Positions 39,901 through 52,088 of a DNA stretch of 64,000 nt are shown here, one piece after another; position 1 is the first letter of the stretch, and the number at the start of each line of letters is the position of its first letter. The translations under genes were made by a program, and so were the position numbers. Location of the stretch: assembly GCA_028534125.1 (NCBI GenBank), contig CM052818.1:2916001-2980000 (forward strand), written 5' to 3'. The DNA comes from Lama glama (lineage: Eukaryota). The notes under the pieces are model-generated. The model was not told the DNA's origin. It ran no database searches and saw only the letters and a list, made by a program, of their open reading frames with translations.

Positions 39901-40524
39901 ATGGAGGAACTCATCCTTCATAGAATGGTTTCAGTTAAACAAACGGCATGGGTGTAGGGGTTGGAAGTGGAGTGGATACACAGGTCATGTTCTTTCTGGG
40001 TTTCGTTGTTGTTTATAGGAGAGCGTGTGAGGTTTCTGTGCCTGGAGGCCAAGCCTGAGGTCAGCTTTTACTAAACATCTTTCATCTGAGCATCCTTTGT
40101 CTTCTCTAAACGTTTATTTTGTGTCTCACTCCTCCTTATTTCCTTTTAATGATAAAACACAAGGCAGTAACATGATTTATGTCATGCAGATTCAAATCTA
40201 AGTTCCTAAAGGCCAGTCTTCCACGAAACTACAGTTTTATCTGTGAGTAAAACAATAAAAAACAGAAACTGTTTGAACTTTATCTTTTTAACGTTGTACA
40301 GTTTTAATTTTAAATAACATTTTATTTTCAAACTCTAAGATGTTCGTTTTATTAAATTTGGAAAATTATGAAAGAGAAAATGATTGCACATAATCCCGCC
40401 CCTCTGTCAACATCTCAGTGTTTTCTGTCTGGAATTATAATCTTGATTAAAGGGCTTTTCTCTAAGGGCAACCAAAAATCATCACTATAACACCCAGGTT
40501 GAAAAGGAAGGATCACATATTTGT

Positions 40525-40744
40525 AGATACTGACAGGTATACACAGAATAGATAAACCAGTTTATACTGTAGAGCACAGGGAAATATATACAAGATCTTG
40601 TGGTAGCTCATGGTAAAAAAGAAGAATATACATGTATATTCATGTATGAATGAAAAATTGTGCTGTACACCAGAAATTGATACAACATAGTAAACTGACT
40701 ATAACTCAATAAAAAAAAAAAGGAAGGATTTAAAAAAAAAAAAG
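40525..40744 (+). mobile_element. Truncated young L1 3' end with 21-bp TSD
   Basis: aaggaaggatcacatatttgt at 40504-40524 and 40745-40765. Confidence 0.93.
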
Positions 40745-42059
40745 AAGGAAGGATCACATATTTGTCATGGGACAGAGTCCCAGCTGCAAAATCACATCTC
40801 TATTTTTAAGGCTCTTGAGCTTTGCCTTAAATTTACCTCTCGATGCTTCCGTTTCCTCACTTAAAATGAGGAGTATCCTTCATCTACCCAGATTGCATTT
40901 GTAGACTGTAAATGAAGAAGGCATCTATCTAGAGTTCTGAGGGCATAGAATGTTCTAGAAAAACTGTTGTCCCAGTAGTGCTTACATGGACTCACTGTGG
41001 AGGGTTTGAAGGGATTATGGTTCAAAGACTCTACAAGAGGAAGCATTCTTTTTTTCCTAAGGGTGGATTGAGGGTTTCCTGCCAACCACTTTTCCAAACA
41101 ATTTTGATATTAATAAAGAGGAGAACAGAGACACACAGAGACTGCAAAGCTAGGTAGCCCGAGGCTCCAACGGGGCTGTTCCCTGAACAAAGCCAAAACA
41201 GAATTCCCCATCCAGCAGGACCCAGCTCTAGTTCCCAGAGCCATTCACGTTTTGATTCAAAGCCGCAGAGGAGAGCCAAACACAGATATCCTTGTTGACT
41301 TTATACATGGAAATTTGAAGTGAAGTATTTTCAAAATGCTGGTTGACACCCAAGAGGATGTAATTAGAATAAGGGGCTTTCTGGTTTGAAGATGTGAAAG
41401 AAAGAAATGGTCTGTCTCTTTGAAATCAAATGATTAAATAGTAAGAGAGAGGGGGAGGTGTGGCCTTCAGTCTTCAAAGCAAAATCATGACCTGCAATTT
41501 TCTTAACTGGTTTTTTGCTTAAAATCACTAAGACCTAGGAAGGGAGAGAAGGAGCAACCAGGGGGCTGGAGAATGGGGTTGTGAGGAGGAGAAAGAGCTC
41601 AGTGGGGAGGACGTAATCGTCCATGTCTGGTGCATTTCTCTTCTATTTCCATCTCTTTTTAATCCTTCATGAATTTAAAGTGCAGTTTGGGGGCTACTGG
41701 GGGCGTCTCACACATACCTCTCCCTTCCTCGTGCACTTTGTGGGAGGAGGTGGTGGTAACTCGTGGAAACTGGACGCGGGAAAGAGGCCAAAAAAGGTGA
41801 AATCCGTTTGCCGCATATCTTTAGATGTCCGCAGACACCCTGGTTTTAGCTCACACTTCACATGATTTCACTGAGCATGTACTTTCTATTCTTAAAGCTT
41901 CTTTGCTAATTAGAGCCATTTTGCCTTGGGATTTTAGCTCTTTTAATTCTAAAATAGCCCTGAGAATTTCATGGTAATTCCTGATTTGTTTACTCTTCAA
42001 ATGAAAGAGTTGTCTTAACGAAGGAAGGTGCCCATAAGGACTTAACCCACATCTCATTC

Positions 42060-42060
<1 letters not shown>

Positions 42061-42093
<33 letters not shown>

Positions 42094-42111
42094 GTGCGCG
42101 CGCACACACAC
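42061..42111. repeat. (CT)n-(CG)n-(CA)n compound microsatellite
   Basis: ctctct...cgcgtgcgcgcgcacacaca. Confidence 0.9.
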
Positions 42112-42134
42112 CCTCTGAGGTGACAAAGTGACAA

Positions 42135-42385
42135 TGTGGTATATTAAAAAGAGCAAGGGCTTTAGAGACTTCCAACCACGAGTTCTGGCTTCATCTCTGC
42201 CATTTGCTAACTTTGCAACATTAAACAACCTTCACCTCCCTCGGCTTCGCTTTCCTCCCCCATTAAGACTGCGATGATAATGAGTACCTCACAGGATTTT
42301 TGTGAGGATTAAACAGAAGTCTCTGTGTAAGATGCTGGCCCTGGTGCTTACATGTAGTAGACAGTTTATTAATAGTAGCTCCTAC
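42135..42385 (+). mobile_element. MIR SINE
   Basis: Degenerate MIR core and 3' end (acctcacaggatttttgtgaggattaaa). Confidence 0.65.
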
Positions 42386-43819
42386 CGATGATAATAGTCA
42401 TCAGCGTCAGCATCATAGACCAACCTCAGAAAACCCATATTGGGTTAAAAACTCTAAGCCCCAGTACTTTAGATGGAATATGAACCTAACAAAGTGTTCT
42501 TATGTTCATGTTATCTGATTCTCTGCTGTTGGATTAGGAAAAGTTACCAAAAGTAACACAGATTCTGCCTTTACCCTAGAAATACGCACAAATAGGATGA
42601 ACCCCACTGGGGTCGGATACCACCGGTGAATTATATCTGTTGTCCTCTCCCACGTGCACACAGACACGTATACACATAGGTGCTGTGTTATTAAAAATCA
42701 TTATCTTTGTAGAAAAGTAGGAAATATATTGTCTGCTTCTTCACTAAGACCTTTCTTCGAATTAGATTCCATCCTATCTGGTTCCCCTTGGGTATTACAA
42801 TGCTCAGAGGGGATTCAATTAGCTCAGATGTTCCTTTAGGTTCCCCACAGCATCTTGTTTAAAGCTACAACAGGAATTCAGATCTCATTTTATCCCTGCT
42901 CTGAGCCAGAAGCTCCTGGTCTCTTGGGCATAAGCCCCACGTAGCCCAGAGGTTGGGGCTCTGGAGAGGGCGGACTCTGTGAGGCCACTTGGGACCTCCC
43001 TGTGGACCAGCCCCCACCCAACTTCCAGCTGCTCCTCAATTAACCATCGTCTGTGGGTAGATAGAAATCTCTTTTGCATCTATGTTTTTCAGCCACTGCT
43101 CCCTTGTGGGAAGAATAAGTTCCATATGTATTTAAGTTCCCCACGCCTCCGCCAGATAAAGTAATACTTCCTCTTGCTTCTCCTAAAAGCACCCCTTTCT
43201 GATTACTAGAATGTAATCAAGTTTCCTAACTGCCTAACAAGCTAAGTGTTCCCCTTCTTCACGGCCACATGATTTGTAGATTTTGATTATGTGCCTTACC
43301 AGCATTTGTCCTCCCAGATGTATGGAGTCTTCTAATTTTCTGTAGTTCCTTGATTTCTTAAAATCAGAGAGAACTGAGATAAAATTCCAGCTCTGGCACT
43401 TTCTCGCTACATGTCCATTGGCGAGGTTATCTAAGCTTTCGTTTCCTTTCCTTATCTGAAAGAGTAGTAATGCTCACCCTACAGGGTGGTTTGAGCTAAT
43501 ATGGGATCCATGCTTTTAAGTGGGGGTGGAGGGACGGGTAAGGTCTAAAGCCTGTTTAAAATCAGGGAAAAGTGAAAATCGAACAGGGTCGAAATTAGCC
43601 AGTGTTGGAAATGATTCCTTAAAAAAATTAATAAATCTGTGTTCAGGGATTGTGTTATGGGAAAAATATGTATCTTTAAGTGTACGATTTAGTCTTAGGA
43701 AATTGAGAATCTTGGGGTGGAGGATGGTAATGACCAAAATGGTGTTACCCTCCCCACCCCACCCCCACCTCATCAGTGTTAAATGATGGTACTGCGAAGC
43801 CAAAGTGCTTTCAAATTGC

Positions 43820-43890
43820 TTTATATTTTTTTATATTTTTTATTTTTTTTTATATTTTTTATATTTTACATATTATATATATATATTTTA
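43820..43890. repeat. AT-rich low-complexity (TTTTTTATAT)n tract
   Basis: Direct reading. Confidence 0.85.
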
Positions 43891-46064
43891 AAGTGTTCAC
43901 TGATTTTGGTTTTCATAGTGAATAAGTTGCGTGATTATATTTAGCTCATCCCACCACCACACACACATGCATCCCAAATACAGCCGAGTTGAGCTCCCCT
44001 CAATGGGTCAGTAGCCCTTAAGAATAAGCTGTATTTTCCTGCCCTTATGAATGTAGCTGAGTTTCCTCTTTTCTCCTCTGCTGACTTTCCGCTTCTCCCT
44101 TGAAAGCTGCCCCCTTGCTCTGCCCCCTCACGCAGCCTCAGGACATGTGCTTGCCGATTACCTTCCTTTATGGGGCGTACCTCTATGTGGTGAAGGTCCC
44201 CTCCATTGCTACACTCGGCACTTAGAACGCTCTTCCTCAGGATCGTTTGTAAAACTTCTAAGGGTTCTTATTCTTAGCTTCCAAATGCCCAGGGTGGGCA
44301 GAGCCCCTGCTCCCCAATTTCTACCTGGAGAGATGCCTGAACTCTGTATCATCACTTTCTCTAAGCCCTGGATTAGCACTTCCGCCACCCAGATATAAGC
44401 TTATTCTTAGCATGCTGGCAAATTTTACAGGTTCATGCATTGCCTTACGTAAGCCTGGAGTTCCTTCCCTATAAAATGGGCCCACTGGCGGCCTAAAGCA
44501 AGCCTTCTCCACCCCAGAACTGAGCCCAGAAGAGTTTGTGACTCCAGCTTGGCCCTTGGCACCTGGGAGCATCAGAGTGCAGATCTCAGATGCACTCAGG
44601 TCCACACACTCTCCTAACTTCACTGGGACTGCTTTCCAGCTCCCATCTTCATTCAATTCATCTACTGCCTTTTCTCCTAGACATTCCAGAAGCATTAGTC
44701 AGCTTTCCTATTGTCGTGTCTGAAGAGAAAAGACTGAGTCTCAGGTCAGAAACCTGGCTGAAAGTTCCTGCTAAAAAGCCATGTGCCATTCTTAAATTGT
44801 CAGAAAGTTAACCATGACATTCGAGGAAGTAATAAAATGACTGTAAATGATGTAAGCTTCACCATGGGCTGACACGTTCACAACTTCTGACATCTGGAGA
44901 AAAGGATGAGGAGCCGGCTCTCAGCGACCAGCCCAGCAGAGGGTCCAATTAGGGCTGCTTTTAAAGGGGGGTGATTGTCCTTGGCGGTGTGGACGCCACT
45001 CCCCGGGGAGCAGGGCTGTCGGAAGGCGCTGTCCAGATGGCTGCCTCCCGGCCCTTCTGAACCGGAGAGACCCCCCTCCTGTGAATTGCATCCGTGGTTT
45101 CCGTGCCCCTCGATTGCTATTCCAGACCCTCTTCCTGTGATTGGGGCGAGGCTCCAGGCCCTATTAGTGGGTTTGTGGTCTCTGGGCAAAGCTTTCACAG
45201 CTCCTCGGGAGAACAGTGGTGTCTGCAAGATAGGCGTTTGGTTAACAAGCTGGAATGGCCTCTCGTAAATTTCAGAGCAATGGGAACGGAGCAGCTTTGA
45301 AACCCCAGCTGTGGATGGGCTCGGTATGAGGTCTGTTCTGCAAACCAGAGCATTTGATTTTCCAATCAGCCCGAGTGCTAATCGGGCTCAGTGCCTGGAG
45401 GCGAGGGGGGCAGGTTTGGGGCTGCGGGTTGGGGGGGGGCGTGGGGGGAGGAGACAGTCACTCCTCCGCAGCTTCGAGGGGCCTCCTTGGAGTTTCCCTG
45501 TTGGCCTTCACTGCCTTCCTTTTCTGAGTGAGGGTTTTTTGGGGTTTTTTTCCATTTTAAGTATCTAGACTTTTCCTTCCTTCACTTGATATTTCCTTGA
45601 GTTCTCAGAAAGAAAAATTAAGAAAGGAAAAGAGTAGAGGAAGAACTGAGGGAGAATTGGGCGGGGGGGGGGATGTGGAGAGAGAAGGACGAAGGGAAAA
45701 GAGACAGAGAGAGGCTGGAAGACTCAGTCTCTGAGAAGATGCTGGAAGTTGGGTTTCCTTATAAAGCTCATTGCTATTTAAGTTACTAGCAAATTCTCCT
45801 CTTGGGACCACATGCCCTGCCTGGATATAAGGACAGGACTCAGCACATAACACGAACTCAGAAAGTGGTGACCCTCTTCTCCCCTCCCAGCCTGGCCCAG
45901 AGTCCCTTTCCTCCGGAACCTCGCCTCTGGGAACATCACGTCAGAAGGACATCACATCAGTGGGACCAATCTTGTCCGTGTGGGCTGACCCTGCAGCAAT
46001 GCTGGGGTTTTCTCTGCTGATTCTTTCCCTGACCTGTGGGAAGCATCACACTCACATGCACGGC

Positions 46065-46162
46065 TTTTTTTTTTTTTTTTAATGGTATTACTGGGGATTG
46101 AACGCAGGACCTCATGCGTGCTAAGCATGCGCTCTACCACTGAGCTATGCTCTCCCCACCCC
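46065..46162 (-). mobile_element. tRNA-Ala-like SINE (short form, antisense)
   Basis: polyT followed by ctggggattgaacgcaggacctcatgcgtgctaagcatgcgctctaccactgagctat; imperfect TSD catgcacggctttt / catgcggggctttt. Confidence 0.92.
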
Positions 46163-46464
46163 AGCATGCGGGGCTTTTAGGTGCCTCAGCCCACGAGCCT
46201 GACGTCCTGCCCCCTGAGGTTGCAGCGAGCACCGAGGGCCAGAATGTGGCTCACCTTGGGACTGGCGTTTGGGCCCCTCCTCCCCGTCCACTTCCCCTGT
46301 GCAAATCACATCCCCCCAAAGCCACTACATGTGCCATTGGAAACAGGACCCACTCTCACATTACACACATTAAACTGCTCAGAGTTAGGGTCTAGGACGG
46401 CACCCTGTGCAGAGGCTTCAACTGAATGCTCACTAAAAAGATGTTTGGGGTTATATCAGGAGAA

Positions 46465-46503
46465 AAAGTTCATGTAACAGAATAGAAAGTTCATGTAACA
46501 GAA
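46465..46503. repeat. Short tandem duplication, 21-bp period
   Basis: aaagttcatgtaacagaa at 46465 and 46486. Confidence 0.9.
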
Positions 46504-47214
46504 AGTGTACATGAGAGACAGAGTGTGTGTACACACACCCTCAGCAAGTAATTACATGGTCCTCTCTAAGTGGTGGATGGAAGATGGGGTTTTTTTTCCC
46601 CTAAGTTGTTTTTTATTCTACATTGGCATTTACAAAAAGTTCCCACAGTGATGTATCACTTTTGTAATCAGGAAAAAAGCTTTCAAAAATAAAGTTTTTT
46701 AGTTATCATGACAATCAACTAACATCAAGCTTCCTTGGTCCCCTCAGCACCTTGAGTTGAGTCAGAATGGTGGGATTATGAAGGACCAGGAGCCTGTGTT
46801 CTAAGCATCTCCCTCCCTCCCCATCTCGCCCTGCTCTCTGACTGCAGGGAGCAAATCCAGCAGGTGTTAATGGCCTGTGACCACGGCAGGGAGATTCCTT
46901 GTCGCCTGGGCTCTTTGGCTCTTTGTGAGCTGCTGAAGGACAGACAGTTTACACTGGCGGATGCTTCTGCCTTGTCTTCGTGAAGGATGTTGTCCACCAC
47001 AACACTTGAAATCCCCTTCAAAAGCAGCTGCAGAAGAGAAGTTGCTCTCGGTCCATAGCCTCGAGCAAAGCTGAGCCTGCCCCGCACTTGCAAAAATGGG
47101 TGTCCTACGTAATGAGCAGTGCTCATCCGCACTGAGACAGCTGGGAGGCATACAGCTTAGCACATGCGCGTGGCTTTCTGCTGTGTGTCTTAGGATGTTA
47201 ACCTGAGACCTGAC

Positions 47215-47478
47215 TTCTTTGCTCTTTTCGACCCCTGCCCCTCTATTCCTTTGCTTTGACCTGTTCTTCCCTTTCTCACTGCCTATCTCTGCCTCTGTTT
47301 CTTCCTCTCGCCCCTGCTCCCCCTTCTCTGCCCCTCTTTTTTCATCTTTCTGTCTCTCCCTCTGTGTGTCTGTCTCTCCCTCCTTTCCTCTTTCCTTCCC
47401 TCTTTCCCTTCTTGTGTGTCTCCCCTCCCTCCTCCCCCCACCCCATCTCCCTCCCTCCCTCTCAGTGTGTCTCTCTGT

Positions 47479-47509
<31 letters not shown>

Positions 47510-47510
47510 T
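47215..47510. repeat. Pyrimidine-rich low-complexity tract ending in (CA)n
   Basis: About 260 bp CT-rich, then (CA)n at about 47479-47506. Confidence 0.9.
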
Positions 47511-47877
47511 TCCTATTTGCATCTTCTTTTCATGGTACCTAGTTTTATAAAGCCTCCTCAAGTCATTTATGAAATGAGGCAAAATATCCATAAATACAGG
47601 TTAAATGGGATGGTGGCATTGAGTCTGCCCCCTCGCCTGTCAGCTTTAGAGAGTGACATTCCCAGATTCCAGCATTCCCAGACAGATCCAGCATTTTCCT
47701 TCAAATATATTTCTACTGACCCAACCCTTTACCACAAAAAGCCTCCGCAGATTCAGGCTTCAGTATCCCACGGAAGTTTGAGGAGCTGGAAGATGATCAG
47801 CTCCAGCAAGGATCCCTGCCATTTTACTTTTCTGAGAGGCCTTTTGTCTCTGTCCTTTGTTTCCTGTGATCGAAGAC

Positions 47878-48112
47878 TGTCTCTCAAACGTTAGTGCGTG
47901 TCAGAATCACCTGAAGGAAAAATGGTACCATGTATCAATTCCATGTCAATAAAGCTGACTTTAAAAGTCATCTGGAGGGCTTGGCACACAGATTCCAGGG
48001 CCCCGCCCCAAAGATCCTAATTCCGCAGTCTGGGGTGGGGCCTATGAACTTGGCTTTCTGACAAGCTCCCGGGGATGTGGAGCTGCAGATCTACAGACCC
48101 CACTTTGAGGAG
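47878..48112. mobile_element. MER5A-like hAT fossil with a small internal insertion
   Basis: tctcaaac..tcagaatcacctg..gggcttg..cacagatt..gggcccc..tctggggtggggcc..acaagctccc..cactttgag. Confidence 0.8.
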
Positions 48113-49133
48113 CCCGGCTCTGAGCTCTGACAAGGGACTCCCCCTGGCCGCTGGGAGGTGGTTGTTTCGGTGGCCTTTTGTGGAACTTTTTTAAAGCCTT
48201 TTTCAATGTCTAAATCAACTTAGATCCACTAGTCTCCGGCCCCTTCATCCTCCATATCTGCTCCTTGACGAGTTTAGTGAGCACAGAGCCAGTTATGTGA
48301 ACTACAGCAGACCTTCCAGCCTCAACTTAACATCCCAGGGTCCACTGTCAGCGAGTGGCCAAGCCACCCATCAACCACCCAGCCTGGGACTCACAGGTGA
48401 CTGTAATCAGCCAAGGCAGCTGGGCCCCTTGTCTAAAGGCTGCTGCTGGGCAGGAATGTCTGTAGCCACAGGCAGGGCTGGCCAGGACCCCTGGGTCGCC
48501 ATCTCCCCCCTGGCTCTGGGCTTCTCTGCTTGTCCTCACGTGTGAAAGTCACCATCTTTAGTGGCTAAAGGGCCCACCTGGACTTGTAGTTGACGCTACT
48601 GAATTTATGGAGGGAGGAGAGATTATATACCAGAGTGGTCTTGTCACATGTCAGGATTCATTAGCATTGTGGGATGATAACAGAAGACCTGACAGCTGAG
48701 CAGTCTGTTCCAGACAGTTTGTTGAGTGCAGTACTTGACAAGCTTGGCCTCACTCAGCTTCAGAGCCCCCAGAAGGCAGTGGGCTCCCCGTCTCACAGAG
48801 CTGGGAGGGAGCCCGAGCACTTCATCCGGGTGGCAGAGGCAGGACCCAGACCCGTGGCTCTCGGCCGCCTAAGCCCATGCTTGGGACCTCTAGGTGCTCT
48901 CTCGCCTTCCGCAGCGAGAATTCTGCTGTATTTGTAGCCTCTGCTTTTTCCACTGGAATTATGAGATTTCTACAATTTTGACACTTCTGGAAGCGATTCC
49001 TGGAGAGAGAGACAGCAGTGTGAGTTTACTATTTCGTGGTGGCCTAAAATCCCACCATATGAAATGGGGTTTAATTCACTCAAAGAGGAAGAGCTCCAAG
49101 CTGGGTTTTTTTCCCCCAAAAAATTCATGAGAA

Positions 49134-49249
49134 GGGGGTGGATATAGCTCAGTGGTAGAGCACACACTTAGCATGCACAAGGTCCTGCGTTCAATCCCCA
49201 GTACTTCCACTAAAAAAAACAAAACAAAGCTAAACCAACAACAGCAACA
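49134..49249 (+). mobile_element. tRNA-Ala-like SINE (short form)
   Basis: tRNA-like body with A/CAA tail; TSD aaattcatgagaa / aaatacatgagaa. Confidence 0.92.
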
Positions 49250-50260
49250 AATACATGAGAAAGACCCACCCCCCAAATGCCCAAAACGCAAACATAAGAG
49301 GACCCTTTGAAAGATGCAACAGAAACGTCTTTCATGCCATCTTGAAATAGCTACCTACTGTGTCTCAAGGGTTATTTGGACAAAACAAGGCTGTCGGAGT
49401 CTAATAAAAATCAATCCAAAGTGATGCCCTTTGGGCTGGTCACTACTCCCGTCCATGTGCTCCTGGCTGGCCAAGGAAGGGAAACCCTGAGAGGTTTGGT
49501 GATGCCCCAAGCTCTTGAGAGTTTCAGGAGCCGGGGCTGTGAGCGGCCCCGACTCTGCTGCCGCTCCCTCCCCGCCTCGGCTCTCCCAGTGCTGCCTGTG
49601 CCGCCCCCAGATGGACTTCTGTGCATTAGGTCATCTTTGTGACACAGTCACACATAACCCCACCACCCCAGAGGCCCTGCTACCATTTTTATGTGTCTTT
49701 CCCAGACTTCTTGACGTCTAAATTTCTGTTCATTTAAATAGGACGATACTATACAGACCACGTTGGAAATGAGCTAGTTCACTTACAGTAATATATCATG
49801 GACATCTTTTTGCATCATTATTCTTCCTCAACATCAATTTAATGGTTATGTAGTCCTCTTGTGTACCTTTCTCCCATTTCCTGCCTTTAAAGCAGATTTT
49901 CATGAAGGCTGTCTTTAAAAAATGATCACTATCACTCTGCAAAAGTAAAATTAGGTCGCTCCTAGGTAATAGGCTTAAAATAGTAAAATCGCTCTGATAC
50001 CCCTGAATTACAGTGGGTCTTCTGGAGAAATTGTTTTGTTTTCTACAAAGGTCAATAAATGAAGTCCCACTGGAAAGGTCGCAGTGCAGGCATCTCTGGT
50101 CCTGGACTGGCCATTAGAAAATTAGTGAGCGCTGAGGAGGAGATGGAGGTAGGGACCAGAAACCCCAGCCATCCAGGCTGCCTCTCCAGTGGGCTGGGGG
50201 CCTGTGAGCTGTCTCACTACGCCTTGGATCTGCGCCAAATGTCTTTTCTCTTCCCCACAG

Positions 50261-50378
50261 AGCCGCCGGTGGCCGCAGCTGTGGTGTCCCATTTTAATGA
50301 CTGCCCAGATTCCCACAGTCAGTTCTGCTTCCATGGAACCTGCAGGTTTTTGGTGCAGGAGGACAAGCCAGCATGTGT
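50261..50378 (+). CDS. TGFA: TGFA coding exon 3 ([41 protein letters not shown]-terminal part of the EGF domain)
   Basis: ttttctcttccccacag acceptor; GTAAGT donor at 50379; 118 nt. Encodes the Ala-Val cleavage site and the first four cysteines of mature TGF-alpha. Lies inside ORF 50059..50382. Confidence 0.99.
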
Positions 50379-50631
50379 GTAAGTATCCCCTGGGGTCCTG
50401 GGGTCCTGGGGCTGCGGGTGTCCCAGCAGCCAATTAAAAGAGCATTTACCTCCATAAATCGTGCCAGAGGCCCCTGAGAGCTCTGGAGCTGGGCAGCTCA
50501 GAGGATTGGAACAGCAGGCTGGAGGCCACGGGCTTCAAAGCCAGATGCTTAAAAATCCGGATTCCAAGGTCCCAGTCTAGAGCCACTGAGGCAGAACCCC
50601 TGGGGTTTGAACCCTGGGGATCTGCATTTTT

Positions 50632-50849
50632 TCTAATTAAAGTGTAGTTGATTTACAGTATTGTGTTAGTTTCTGGTGTACAGCACAGTGATTCAGTTAT
50701 GTGTGTGTGTGTGAATATATATATTCTTTTTCATTATAGGCTATTACAGAGTATTGAATATAGTTCCCTGTGCTGTATAGTAGGACCTTGTTGTTTATCT
50801 GTTTTACATATAGTGGTTAGTATCTGCAAATCCTGAACTCCCAACTTGT
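50632..50849 (-). mobile_element. Truncated L1 3' end inserted in a MER5-like element (about 50540-50910)
   Basis: TSD gatctgcattttt at 50619-50631 and 50850-50862. The flanks rejoin as MER5-like atctgcatttttaacaagc..caggtga. Confidence 0.9.
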
Positions 50850-51170
50850 GATCTGCATTTTTAACAAGCATCTCAGGTGACTCCTGGGCTCAGCAAAGAC
50901 TGAAAATTCCTGGATTCAAGTTTAACTCACTACTTAGAACTTCTGGAGGGCGAGGTACCGGGCTGGATCCCTTTGAGTGTCTAACATGAGGTCTGTGCCC
51001 TCCAGCATCTTTACAGGACAGCCAACAAAATAAGCGGGAAGTGCATGCAAAGGGTGGGTGTACACAAGTGGTAACAGGACGAAACAACTGGGAAGTAAAG
51101 ATGCGTGCCAGGGCACGGCAGTTTCCACAGCAGGCCGAGCCTGAGCCCCTAGAGCTTCTTTTTAATAAAA

Positions 51171-51340
51171 GGGGGGTGGGTATAGCTCAGTGGTAGAGTG
51201 CACACTTAGCACGCATGAAGTCCTGCATTCAATCCCCAGTACCTCCATCAAAAAAAATAATAATAAATAGGTATACATAAATAAATAAAAATAAATAAAC
51301 CTAATTGCCCCCCAAAAAAATTTATTTTAATTAAATAAAA
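51171..51340 (+). mobile_element. tRNA-Ala-like SINE (long form)
   Basis: gggtatagctcagtggtagagtgcacacttagc...ttcaatccccagtacctcc...aaacctaattgcccccc. Confidence 0.92.
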
Positions 51341-51698
51341 TAATAGCTGAGCCCACCCCAACCCCAACCCACTAAATCGGAATCTCAAGGACTAGGACCC
51401 AGGAGTCAATTAGTTAAAAGCCACCAGTGATTGCAGTGGTCAGTTTGGGCAAGAAAGGCATGCGAGGAAAGCTCCCCGGAGCAGGTGTTAGGGTTTGGCT
51501 GGTGGGGAGAGCAAAGCAGTTACTCCAGGCCTGCATGTCGGGGCACCTGCTGTTACAGGTCGATGTGGCCACAGCAGGGAGGAGACAAGATTGGAGATGA
51601 ATTGGAGGCCAGAGCCTGTTGGAAATGAGCCTTTATTCCCTAGGCATGGGAGCCGTGTCATTTTTTTTGGAAAGGGATGCTTTAAGAAAATTAATCTG

Positions 51699-52088
51699 GG
51701 CTATACAATAGGACCTTGTTGTTTATAGTAGCTTGTATCTGCTAATCCCAGACTCTGAAGTTATCCCTCCTCGATCCTCTTTCCCCTTTGATAACCGTTA
51801 AGTTCGTTTTCTATGCCTGTGAGCCTGTTTCTGTTTTGTGAATAAGTTCATTTGTCTCATATTTTAGATTCCACATATGAGTGATGTCCTATGATATTTG
51901 TCTTTCTCCTTCTGCCTTACTTCACTTAGTGTGATCATCTCTAGGTGTGTCTTGTAATTAACCATAAGAGAAAAGAATATGAAAAAGAGTATATATATAG
52001 ATAACTGAATCACCTTGCTATACACCAGAAATTAACACAACATTGTAAATCAACTATACTTCAACAAAAAATTTTTTTTAATTCAAAA
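51699..52088. mobile_element. 5'-inverted (twin-primed) truncated L1
   Basis: 51699-51946 is antisense L1 and 51951-52088 is the sense L1 terminus; one TSD pair, aagaaaattaatctg / aagaaaagtaatctg. Confidence 0.9.

Noticed and set aside
46867..47894. Two 212-aa ORFs on opposite strands
   Set aside because: They derive from CT/GA low-complexity sequence and a CA repeat, with no protein-like signature.
50379..50382. In-frame stops just after the exon 3 and exon 4 donors as regulated truncations
   Set aside because: TAA and TGA are inherent in the GTAAGT and GTGAGT donor consensus.
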